Made by a program: the position numbers and the translations under genes. A stretch of 64,000 bases of DNA from Octopus vulgaris (lineage: Eukaryota), in assembly GCA_951406725.2 (NCBI GenBank), contig OX597814.1, positions 123,132,001 through 123,196,000 on the forward strand, read 5' to 3'. Shown one piece after another: positions 53,072 through 64,000 of the stretch. Positions within the stretch are counted from its first letter, which is position 1. Each line of letters starts with the position of its first letter. The notes below the pieces were generated by a model that had not been told where the DNA came from, searched no databases, and saw nothing but the letters and a program-made list of their open reading frames with translations.

Positions 53072-53918
53072 CAGTGGTTCTCAACCATTTTTTTTTTACC
53101 TATGGGCCCATATCATTATTACTATTTTACTCTGGTGCCCCACTCCATAGTTATTCAATGTTTAAAAACTAGTTTTATAGATAGGTTTTTCAAAATTCTT
53201 ATTTTGTTTTTCACACGTTCACTTGAGTAGGTTTATAATAGCACTGACTGAAAGAACATGTTTCAGTGCCTGGAAGCATGTTGAACTATGTAAAACATTA
53301 GAGAAAGGACATAGTTGTGTAGGATTTTATGTGATATTCGCACTTGCTGGGCGCCATCACATCTCCTTACATAGTTATAGAAAGGGAAAATAGCAGGAAC
53401 ACGAATCTCCGAACAAATAACAATAATAATTTATTCTCGCCGAAATAGGCATTTCATCTCTGGACATCGGTAGCGTGGACGCCTGGGTGGAAGCAGCAGG
53501 GTTGGTAGTTAGACACAAAATACAAAGGCATTTTCACAGACTCGCAACGTCGCTCGCCATTAGAATGCCAGCTCCACGGAGCTGGTCTCAGTCGCGTCAT
53601 GTCTGGTCGGATGTCGGGGGCCGAAGAGAGAAAATAGCGGTCAAGCCTAGCTGCTGATGATGACTGCGCATGCGCATGAGGGACTTCCGGTAGGCCTTCC
53701 AGAATACTGATACTTTCGCATGTGCAGATGAAAATCCCAAAATGGCGTCTGAAACCTGGTATCACTACTGTTGTTTTTGAAATAAACATATCAAAAGCAA
53801 CATTTTTTTCATAGACCCTTAAAATGCTACTGTGGATCCCCTATTTACTATTTTGCATACATGGACTCCCAAAAATCTGGACCCCAGGGGTCACATGGTC
53901 CCTGGTTCAAAACCATTG
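53072..53918. mobile_element. hAT (Charlie-like) MITE, copy 2, carrying an LTR-like insertion
   Basis: TIRs CAGTGGTTCTCAACC / GGTTCAAAACCATTG; flanks CTTTCGAT / GTTTAGAT. Confidence 0.8.
53318..53769 (-). mobile_element. Solo LTR (probably Gypsy)
   Basis: TGTAG...CTACT termini; GTTG duplicated at 53314-53317 and 53770-53773; minus-strand AATAAA at 53430-53435. Confidence 0.65.
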
Positions 53919-54584
53919 GTTTAGATGAATATTTGTTACAAGCAGACTTCCGGTCAGAACGTAACTTCCTATTTCTTTCCAAAGAGTTACTTTCCTTCCT
54001 TCTCTGACTGAATCATCGCCACTTCAAAGATTTTGATATTACGTTGCCTAAATTTCAAAACTCTAATGTAACATCAAACGGACATCTGTACTCTAAGTTC
54101 TTTCGTATTGACACATCCTTATGTATGAAAATAATTTTCAGCTTATAAATTAATTGCCACATATCTTAGATGCAGCTCTATCGTTATCTTAGTATCACTG
54201 CATAAAACTGGTGTGTTCGGAAATAATGGTTACTTACATTTGCAATTTTTAAAAAATGTCTGCAGAATAAACTTGTTTGAGTTCCATGCCATCTTCGAGA
54301 ATATTTATAGTGCAAAATAAAAGAAAGTACATTCTGTTGTGCGGATTCAAAATCGGATCGTTAATTTCAATTACAGACATCATTCATCATGCTATATGGT
54401 GTTCAATATGTAACTGGTGTCGCTGATTGATATATACAGTTATATGAGCATCAATCAAATCTAATCAGAAATATTCGGTAAGAAAAACATTAGCTTAATG
54501 ACTGTTTTTGTTTTAATTATTCCGATAGATAAGGGAGACAACTCCGGGCAATGCAGACTATCTTATTACAAAAATATATTTTTA

Positions 54585-54825
54585 ATCTGTCGTGTCTGCG
54601 AAGAGTCATTTTCTTTTTGTGCCTTATAATTTAACACACACACGGTAAAATTTCCACTTGTTTCTTATTTTTATTTTCTTAAAATCTTCATTGCGTCTTG
54701 CAACCTTTTCAATAGCCCTTGACTTATAAGGCACAAAAAGAAAATGACTCTTCCCAGACACAACTGAATATGCTTCAACACACGAATTCACATAAAGAAT
54801 CTTGCAAACCAAATCCAAAAACGAA
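54585..54825. mobile_element. pLTR-like repeat with inverted partial copy and decayed HHR
   Basis: 54592-54629 is the reverse complement of 54724-54761. The distal part resembles 30713-30770. Minus strand TTGAAAAg-GTTGCaagacGCAAT-GAAG. Confidence 0.55.
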
Positions 54826-55037
54826 ATATTTCTAATCACATTTACGAAACTCGTTTCATTAAATATGCCAGCTTGAACCTAACTTTGGTTCTCGTGTACA
54901 AAACCTCTGAATAATTATCTTCAGTCATTTATTTTTGTTTTATTAATATGCTATTTTTCCCTCCTGCTCAAACTCAATATTAAACATCTACATTGTGATT
55001 CTCTCATCACTATCTCGGTACATTTACTGATGTTTTT

Positions 55038-55084
55038 ACTTCGCTGATGAGGTTTAACCAGTAAGACCGAAACATATCTGGAGT
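55038..55084 (+). ncRNA. Minimal type-I hammerhead motif, slightly decayed
   Basis: ACTTCG-CTGATGA-GGTTT[aaccagta]AGACC-GAAA-CATA-TC-TGGAGT. Confidence 0.6.
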
Positions 55085-56459
55085 TGTTTCCAGTACTTAC
55101 TGAAATTATTAAAACAGTTTTAGTCATTAAGTTAATATTGTCTTTTCCTCGGCGTATAATTATTTCTGATTTAAGTTTTCATGCTCACTTCATTCAACTT
55201 AACTCTTAATTTTCGAACTGATTCATCCCTGAGTAATTAGCCTCAGTATGCTGATTTTTCACGTCTGCTCGTGTAGAATATTGAATATCTATTCAACTAA
55301 TCTGGATTGTTTCTGGTGGAATAGAAACTCTTTTTTCTTGTATCGAGAGGTTGTCCCCATTGCTGCTCGGATAATACAAGAAAACCGCAATAAATCGGAG
55401 ATATCGGATTATTTTTATGACCAGGCGAAGAGAGCCATACTTTTAGGGAGAGAAATAGGACGTTGTAATCGTTATCCTGAGAGAAAATATTGTTGTGAGA
55501 CAGACGCCATGCAAACAGAGTTAAACAACCAAAAGTCTCTCAAAAGAAATATTGACACGACATGTACGATCGTCTTGCTTGAATAGAAACAAATATTTCA
55601 AAACCTATTTTTAGAAAAATAGAATAAAAATAAAAGTCCTCATTAAAATCAAACGTTACGAAATAATTTCTATTGTAATAAAAACTTTGTGGACCAGCCG
55701 TCGCCCTCTTACCCATGTCGTGACTATTTAGAAATCTTTTGTTTCAGAACAGACATGAATTCTATTGGTTGCTTTTCCTCTGGCTGCGTTTGTTGTTGAT
55801 GTCAGTGCAGTAATCTCAACAAACATTTATTTCAAATGCTATTTCAATTCATTTTTCATTGCTCAAGTTTGACAATTATCGTTTTAGATCGATCAACTGA
55901 TAATAACATGTGATTCAAAATCAATAGAAAATAATGATACCTTGCTGTGTGTGCAATTCCTACCAACTTTTGAGAAAAACAATTCGTTTCTTCTTTGTTT
56001 CCTTCAGTGTTTACCTACGTATTTAAGCATTTACAAAGAACTACAAATTCTAAATTTCCAATATAGTTTTCATTGAATGTTCGATATTAAAATATTAAAG
56101 AAAAGGAGCTCTTTTCTATGTAATTTCTTGTTATCCAAAAATTTACTTCTGCTGTTTCAAAAGAAAATTAACTTTAGATTCTTTTTTCCTCATTAGTTTA
56201 TGAAATTATGAATTTTATAGTTTGCTTTATTTCATTTTTATTCACTGCCGTTTCATCACACTGTGGTGGTATGATAAAGATATCATGGTATGATAAAGAT
56301 ATAAACAGTTGCGAGATATTTATTTCTCTGGACAGCAGTACACCGCTCAACGGTATGTGTTCCCTCTGATTAGGATATAAGCTCAACATCGAAACCTAAG
56401 TCCTGTATTTACTGAAGTGAAACACAAGCAGTTCTTTCACAGCTCGTTTCAGAGAAGGC

Positions 56460-56800
56460 GGCACCATACAAATCCGGCTTCCTGGTAATACTTGTTGTAA
56501 CAAACCAAAAAAGAGTGGGGTTGGCTCCGCACAAATCATGCCAACTATAATAAACCCCTGCTGCCTTGTGGGTTAATTTATTGAGCATTTAAAAAAAGGC
56601 TAAGGAAGTAAACCCTAACAAAAAATCTAGAGGGAGAGACCCTAAGGTAGATATCTTCGGCAGCTCCATGGATACTACGAAGATATTGTCTTGTTTTTTC
56701 CTTCATGGTGTATCCATGAATGTAGAAATTGTAAGTGTACTCGAAGCTAGGTACTTGTTTCTGGAAAGAGCCCAGGTGGAAATGGTTAAGTTACTGTTGT
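56460..56800 (+). pseudogene. Decayed RTE LINE 5' region
   Basis: TAAACCCCTGCTGCCTTG...AGTAAACCCT...CCCTAAGG resembles RTE 5' leaders (from memory), followed by MNVEIVSVLEARY, similar to the APE motif xxDIxGxSExR. Confidence 0.45.
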
Positions 56801-57116
56801 TGCAATGCTATCCAAAAACGACGTATAAGGACAACCAAACAAGCTTATATGATTATTTAAACTGAGTTGTGTAGTATTGATGCGGATGTTGTTGTCGCTG
56901 TTATTAAGCAGAGCAACTCTCGTAGAACAGGTTTGTAATCAAAGCTACTCCCGCTGAAATCCTGTCGTGTATTTTGGTTTATATTATATGTATCCAATGT
57001 AGAGCAAGACATACCAAAATGTACCTTTGTTTATTGTTTCCCAGTTTATTTTTAAGATATGAAAGTGCAATTTCAGGGAAAGTGATTACTATTTCTTGCA
57101 AATCAAGAAATCTTAC

Positions 57117-57200
57117 AGGCTCAGTACTAGCTCGACTCAGCGCTGGCTCAATTCACTATTAGCTCGAGTCAGTACTAGCCTGAGTCTGCATCATCTCGAA
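57117..57200. repeat. 16-bp minisatellite, about 5 copies
   Basis: GGCTCAGTACTAGCTC / GACTCAGCGCTGGCTC / AATTCACTATTAGCTC / GAGTCAGTACTAGCCT. Confidence 0.7.
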
Positions 57201-57397
57201 TGAACTCATCCACTACCTCGAGTGGTTCAATTCATCGCTTTCCACTTCTAGTCCCATTTATCGATTAGAAAACTGTGGAAAAAATTTTCGGTTTAACAAT
57301 TTAAAATAGACAGAAGCAAGAAAATGAATTGAATGTCTGGAGTTTCTAAAATACTTTAAGAAAATCATATATAACAGATATTTCTCGTCTCTGTGTC

Positions 57398-57467
<70 letters not shown>

Positions 57468-58294
57468 TCTCTTTCTCTTTCTCTCTCTCTCTCTCTATGT
57501 TGTAGAGTTACTATATACCTAAAACCATAAGAGAATCTTTTATATAGAAATTCATCTTGAATCTCCGATACAGAACTGATTCAAACCTAAAGGTGTCGTT
57601 CGTTATTTGATTATTATGTGATTGTAACTAGTTTAGTTTTATTGAAAAATCTATCTTCCATAGAAAACAAGATTTTGGTTTAACATTTATCTCTGTAGAT
57701 TTCGGGTGACTCGGTGCATTTTAGCGCCTTACAAAGCAGATGCTACTCCAACGTTGAAAAAGAAGTTTCACATACATATATATTTTTTATTTCTTAATAT
57801 AAAAGAAAAAGTATTTTGGTATTATCCATGGCGCTGCGGCAGATGATGCTGATAATGATGATGCTGTAACAGAGAAAATGAAAAACTTATATAGGGAGGC
57901 TAAAAAACATGAAATATTCTCGTCTTTTGTAATTGATGATAACGAGGTGATGGAATAAAATATAATTTTATGCATGTAGTGCTAACCATCCTTTCATAAT
58001 TTTTCGTCTTTCGCGAAAATATATCATGCTTTATTGCTACTGCGTAGATAAATGGGTCTTCTCATCAAAGTGAAAGCATTGACATAAAGTAAGGAACAGA
58101 AGAATATTTTTTAAAAAACATATAAAGGAATAAAACTGGCCTGGATAAATGGAGTAATAAAGGTATCGAAATCAGTCGGTTTATCCTGAACCAAGCAGCC
58201 GACAAGGATTTTATGGAGTTGAATCTGGCCAGGTTGTACGACTACGAGGTTTCTACACAGTTTCTGTCTACCAAATCCACCCACAACACTTGGT

Positions 58295-58496
58295 GCCGTT
58301 CAAGAATTTGGACCTGGAGATCTCCATTTCCAGCGACTTCGAGGGCCACCCCCAAGTGGCGTCGGGCGTCAACGAAGAGCCCTCGACTACAACAACACGA
58401 CCAAAGTCTTTTTTTTTTCCAAGGTCTGGGGGTCTGCCGCCCCTAAGCCCTAGACCATCACCTAATCACCCTTACCCGTCTTGTTGCTTAACAACA
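58295..58496 (+). mobile_element. About 200-bp retroposed fragment with (AAC)n tail
   Basis: 12-bp TSD ACAACACTTGGT at 58283-58294 and 58497-58508. Confidence 0.7.
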
Positions 58497-58552
58497 ACAA
58501 CACTTGGTCCGTCTAGGGTTATAGAAGACACTTTTCCAAGATGCTGTATTAC

Positions 58553-58818
58553 TCGTATTGGCCCTCCGTCGGTTACGACGACCAGTGTTCCAGTTGATTC
58601 GATCAACGGAGCAGCCTGCTCATGAAATTAACTTGCAAGTGGCTGAACACGTGTACCCTTAATTCGGTGTGACATAGAACGGCCCTTTGAATTACAGAGG
58701 CAGCTTATTTTTGCCAGCTGAGTGAACTGGAGCAACGTGAAATAAAGTGCCGCCCGGAATCAAACTCATGACCTTACGATCGTCAGCCGGTTGCCCTAAC
58801 CACCGAGCCACGCGCCTC
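58553..58818 (-). mobile_element. Family B-related SINE with a different 3' body
   Basis: CAGCTGAGTGAACTGGAGCAACGTGAAAT core and head ...GAGCCACGCGCC; degenerate TSD CCAAGATGCTGTATTAC / CCAAAATGTTGTATCAC. Confidence 0.7.
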
Positions 58819-58892
58819 GCCCAAAATGTTGTATCACGGAACTGAACTCAAATCTTGAGGTTGGAAAACAAACTTCTTACCACACTTTTAAA

Positions 58893-59100
58893 CTTTTACT
58901 TGTTTCAGCCATTTTGACTGTGGTCATGCTGGAGCACCGCGTTTTAGTCGAAGAAATCTACCCCGGGACTTATTCTTTGTAAGCCTGTTTCTTCTTCTAT
59001 CGGGCTCATTCGCCGAATCGCTAAGCTACGGGGGCGTAAACACACCAACATCGATTCTCAAGCGTTGGTGGAGGGACAAACACAGACAATAACACAAATA
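58893..59100 (-). mobile_element. Family A SINE, 3' half
   Basis: CTTTTACTTGTTTCAG...GCTGGAGCACCGC...GGACAAACACAGAC. Confidence 0.8.
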
Positions 59101-59117
59101 TATATATATATATATAT

Positions 59118-59435
59118 ACTAGACTTACTACCCAGTGTTGCCCAGTAAAGTATTCACGGAATTGTTTGCCAGTTGTAGAGTGGGAATTCACGGTACTTAT
59201 GCATGTATATATATATTTAACCTAACATCTGAACTTATTTAATTGGAACTATTCAAACAATAGTAATCACTTGACATGAGTAGAAGCCTTTTTGTACCTG
59301 TTACCTTTGTTTTAAAGTGAAGTGGGGAGAAAGTGAAAGATTTATGAACGTGTATATGAAATGGACGTGCGTAAGAGAGAGAGTGCCTCTTACACATACA
59401 TGAGAACACACACGTTCACTCACTCACACACACAT

Positions 59436-59509
<74 letters not shown>

Positions 59510-60180
59510 ACACACACATGCACACGTACATGCAAAAATGATGTACGCATATGTATTGATGTATTACATATACATGACAACACACCCCTTCACTCACTCT
59601 CTCTTTTTCTCTCTCTCTTCTTCTCTTTCTTACTCTCTCTCTCTCTCTCGTTCTCTCTTTCATACACACACATCCATTTCATATACACGTACATACATCT
59701 TTCACTTTCTCCTCTCTTTCACTTTAAAAGGAAAGAAAATATATAAAAAAAATTTACGGAAATTAACGAACTCTGGATGATGAAATCACATTCAGTTAAA
59801 AATATTTCAAAATGATTAAAAATACTGTGTACATCAAAAAACTCAACAGTTTTTTTTTCTTCTTAGAGAGCGTGAAGACAATGTGTGTGTATATGTCACA
59901 GATAGCGAACGTGTGTTTGTGTTGATTGACACGCCATTATATGTGTGTGTATTCTGTATGTATGTTGACATCATGGAAACCATGTATTTTTTTTCATCAA
60001 GAAATAACAAAAATTGAATTTAATCGCTTAAATAGAGTTCCAAATATCACAAAACTTTTTTACTGCGCTGCCGAAGGCAAGAATGAAAATAAATATGTAA
60101 AAAAAAGATTAAGATAAAATATACTATTTCTGAGATATTTCAGTTACATACAAATATCCCTAGGGTTTTAGTATTATCTA
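59118..60180 (-). mobile_element. Possible non-autonomous Helitron
   Basis: Minus-strand 3' end CTGGGCAACACTGGG...CTAG|T within (TA)n; tentative 5' end near AGGGTTTTAGTATTAT at about 60162-60177. Confidence 0.4.
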
Positions 60181-60606
60181 TTATCAAGTATATATATCTT
60201 GATATATATTGACCCCATAAAAAGAAGAAAAAATCAGTGATAGGCAGAGTCTGTAACAATGTATATCTTCTTGAAAAGCTTAGTAACTTCTATGCTGGAG
60301 TGAGACAGCATGTTCTTTGTCTATCTCCTTAACTTCTTGGAGATTTTAGGTATAATTATACTAATGTGTCCATCTGTTCTAATTTAATTAAATTCTATGT
60401 CTTTGTGCAGCTAAAGATTGCTCAGCCTTTTAAACTGATCTAATGATTGCCTTGTTCAATGAAATGGAGTTGCATAAAACGATCGTACTGCATTACCTCT
60501 GGATATCCTTGTTGCTTATTTTGATTTTAATCACCTTACTTTGAAATTGTATGGATAATACCGTACTAAATTCTGGTGCCTCAACTTAAGTACCATATTC
60601 ATCTGA

Positions 60607-60684
<78 letters not shown>

Positions 60685-60686
<2 letters not shown>

Positions 60687-60740
60687 GAGGGTGTATGAAA
60701 AGTTTTGAGCCTTGAAGTCTTGTACCTTCAGATGTCTTGT

Positions 60741-60797
<57 letters not shown>

Positions 60798-60905
60798 GGT
60801 ACTTGATTTATCGACCCCGAAAGCTACTACTACACTATAAATGTTCTTGAAGATGGCATAGAACTCAAACAATTTTTTTTTGAGGCTCAAGACTTTCATA
60901 CACAT
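60685..60905. mobile_element. Mariner-type MITE remnant
   Basis: CGAGGGTGTATGAAAAGTTTTGAGCCT versus AGGCTCAAGACTTTCATACAC. Confidence 0.6.
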
Positions 60906-61088
60906 ACACACACACACTTGTCAGACACACTGGAGTATACCAACAAGCTGCTGCTGCTACTGCTGCTATATTACTATTCCTACAACTACTATTATTAGTA
61001 TTCTAGTACTAATTCATTTTCTACTACCGCTGCCACGAACATACATAGATAGATAGATACATACATACATACATACAGTATACATACA

Positions 61089-61162
<74 letters not shown>

Positions 61163-61422
61163 TATATATAGTCGCTATTAATGACGTTGTTCTTTCTTTG
61201 GGGATTAAGTATCTCTTTTCCCCATTTTATTCACTTCCTATTCCGCCCCCATCCTCTCTTCCTCATTACCCTACCTCATCACCCTACCTCCACTCCCATC
61301 GTCTCTGTTTCAACCTTATTTCCCTGCGGCAGATTTCAATTTTTTCCTATTCAGTCGTCGTTCGGATCAGAGATCTACTGTCGCAGTCAATCAAAATAAT
61401 TTGTAGAATCTCTCTCTCTCTC

Positions 61423-61507
<85 letters not shown>

Positions 61508-62029
61508 GTATGTATGTATGTATGTATGTATGTATGTATGTATGTATGTATGTATATCACGCGCGCTCCAAACACTTCAGTATTAAAATATTTTCTGGCA
61601 TAACTTTAGAATTTATATTTGTCTTTGCACAATAATCATTTTTCTTCTTTACACTTTAAAAAGTAAGTGAAATATGTTTTGAAGATCTTTTTTTCCAATA
61701 AAATGAACTGATGACCTTAATATACGCGCTGTATCTGATACACAGCCTCACAAAGATACGCTTTCTTACATTGACACAAGGTCAGTTGCTTATTATACTG
61801 GAATGGTAAAAAATGATTGAATCTGTTTTTCGTATCCAACAAGTAATTATTTTAAAGAATCCGGAGGGGATAAAAGAATAGGTCAAATCCAGCTGAGAGT
61901 ACCCAGCCGGTGCAAAGGTAAGGTGAAACCTAGCTTAGATTACCAAGTCGACAGAAAGGGCTATGATGGAATTCGACAAAACATTGATCCGGCATGCTGT
62001 CGTTGCTGCGATTCGATGCCCCTACAGGC

Positions 62030-62470
62030 CTCTTTTACTCTTTTTTTACTCTTTCACTTGTTTCAGTCATTTGACTGTGGCCATGCTGAAGCACCGCCTT
62101 TAGTCGAGCAAATCGACCCCAGGACTTATTCTATGTAAGCCTAGTACTTATTCTATCGGTGTCTTTTGCCGAACCGCTAAGTTACGGGGACGTAACACAC
62201 CAGCATCGGTTGTCAAACGAAGTTGGGAGGACAAACACAGACGCAAACGTATAAACACACACACACACACATACATATACATATACATATATATATATAT
62301 ATATATATACATATATACGACGGGCTTCTTTCAGTTTCCGTCTACCAAATTCACTCACAAGTCTTTGGTTGGCCCGAGACTATAGTAGAAGACACTTGCC
62401 CAAGGTGCCACGCAGTGGGACTGAACCCGGAACCATCTGGTTGGTAAGCAAGCTACTTACCACACAGCCA
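62030..62470 (-). mobile_element. Family A SINE, full length
   Basis: Reverse complement of 39077-39590. Confidence 0.9.
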
Positions 62471-62829
62471 CAAAATATTGCGTTTTGCATTGACGAAACT
62501 TCACAAATTTATATAGAATATATACCGTTCACTTGGATGGAATTTGATTTTGGAACATAAAAGAAGCAACAAAATACTACAATTGTTGAATGATCTTGGT
62601 TTAGCTTTTGGTTGGCTCTACGACGGACGTCACAAGGTTAAGGTACACAAGAGAACTGGTCACCGGAAAACCGTAATAAAGCACTTCAGTTAGTCACATG
62701 AACCAATGAAATATAGAGGCTCATGTGTTATCTCGAATTTAGACTTGTCTTTCATTGGGGTCCAGTATAATTGTCTTACTGTCCAAAATTCAACTTAAAA
62801 TAAAAATAAAATACATTGGGCGAATAAAT

Positions 62830-63135
62830 ATTGTTTCTTTATTAACCACGCAGGGCTGGACACAGACGGGACAAATTAAAAAGTAGAGCTTTTCTTTTTG
62901 GGGAGAGAAAAAAAGAAGGTGGAGTAGGTTTTCGATCAAAAGGGATCGTAGAAAGGGGGAAAAAAACAAAACAAAAAAAAGAAAAGACGATCAATAGGGA
63001 TCGTGTATCACAGAAATGTAATGATGTAAAGTGTAAAGGGGGGAAGCAGATAAGGTTTATCCATGGAAAGAAAAGCCTACGGAAAAGTTCACGGTATCCT
63101 CGGTCATTAATGCCACATGTTAACACATTTATTTG
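62830..63135 (-). mobile_element. Probable LINE 3'UTR (L1/Tx1-like)
   Basis: Pyrimidine-rich minus strand with duplicated ACGATCCC(T/TA)TTGATCG, ending CCAGCCCTGCGTGGTTAATAAAGAAA (polyA signal plus A-rich end). Confidence 0.4.
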
Positions 63136-64000
63136 CAAGTAAGTATCTCTCTGTTTAAAATTTTTCCGAGTTCATAGGATTATGCTCAAAGTGGCTTCGT
63201 CATTCAAACGTGCCATCCTTGCTACATTCACCCATCTTTTTTTGAAACATTCGCTAGACAAAACTTGCCTCTCTACTCTCACTTTCCTTTTCAAGTGATA
63301 CTTGAAGAAATTGATTGGGCGAAAAATATTGATTGTACTCTACATCATGTACTGGATCCATTTTTTTTTTTCCTTTAGGAAAAACGTGTATGTGTGTGTG
63401 CCTCTGTGTGTGTACATGTAAAGGCACAGAATTGGGGCGCTTTGGAAGCCGTAATGGTGGTCTATCGATGCAGAAGCGATGATAGTTTAATAAAGGCTGT
63501 GTTTTTGAGATAAGAAAGTGATTAAGAGTGTTTGACATGTTTGTCGGTGGAGGTTGTTACTGACTATTCCAGAAATCTAAGAGTAGTAACCGATTCGACT
63601 TCAACATTAGTAGCGTCGGTGTGGAAGGAATGTGAGAACCAAGAAGAGTTATGGATACCAAAGCTACTGAAGACAACGACATCAGCGAGAGAGTGGTGTG
63701 AGGCATGGTGATGTGGTGGGAGAGATACGAAACTGTAAATATAATATGTCCTAAAGAAATATGTTAAAGGTGTAATAATAGGAAACTAAGTTTGCTAGAT
63801 TTATGGCGGATATTCAGGAAGTTGGAATTACTTGATGTGAAATTGTTGACGGTAAAAAATTAGAAAAAAAAATTAATTAAAAAAAAAAATTCTTCTTAGC
63901 TTTTAATTTACCAAATTCATTAAAACTTCTGAAATCCTTCATTTTAAACATCAAACAATATAAATTAGCTATGGTTATTTTCCTGAAATCAAAGAACTCT

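Larger units (their letters stand above)
58250..58885 (-). mobile_element. Family A SINE 5' half with two nested retro-insertions
   Basis: Host pieces at 58250-58294, 58497-58552 and 58821-58885 are collinear with family A. Confidence 0.7.

Noticed and set aside
55248-55586. 112-aa ORF
   Set aside because: No recognisable domain; possibly decayed TE sequence.
63540-63740. Possible RTE remnant
   Set aside because: Only weak 3-4 residue resemblances.

Overview
AT-rich eukaryotic DNA dominated by microsatellites and transposable elements. I can support no host protein-coding exon, rRNA, true tRNA gene or CRISPR array. The SINE repertoire and microsatellite load resemble an octopus (coleoid cephalopod) genome; this is inference from recalled repeat types, not a database search. 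Nearly all ORFs in the supplied track are simple-repeat artefacts. Recognisable coding remnants are all from TEs: a 5'-truncated but uninterrupted RTE-clade reverse transcriptase (8550-9974), Penelope-like element (PLE) RT/GIY-YIG fragments, an R4/Dong C-terminus in TAA repeats, older RTE pieces, and mariner and maT transposase fragments. Non-coding elements include several tRNA-headed SINE families, hAT-, Merlin-, Tigger- and mariner-type MITEs, Helitron-like pieces and two solo LTRs. The most notable signal is a set of minimal type-I hammerhead ribozyme (HHR) motifs in unrelated repeats. One lies in a non-coding 566-bp tandem unit with an inverted 5' copy (retrozyme-like, 34538-35550). Four others share the compensatory U3-A8 core variant. 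Two different solo LTRs also sit within about 10 bp of the same site in two copies of one hAT MITE. All folds and alignments were done by eye.
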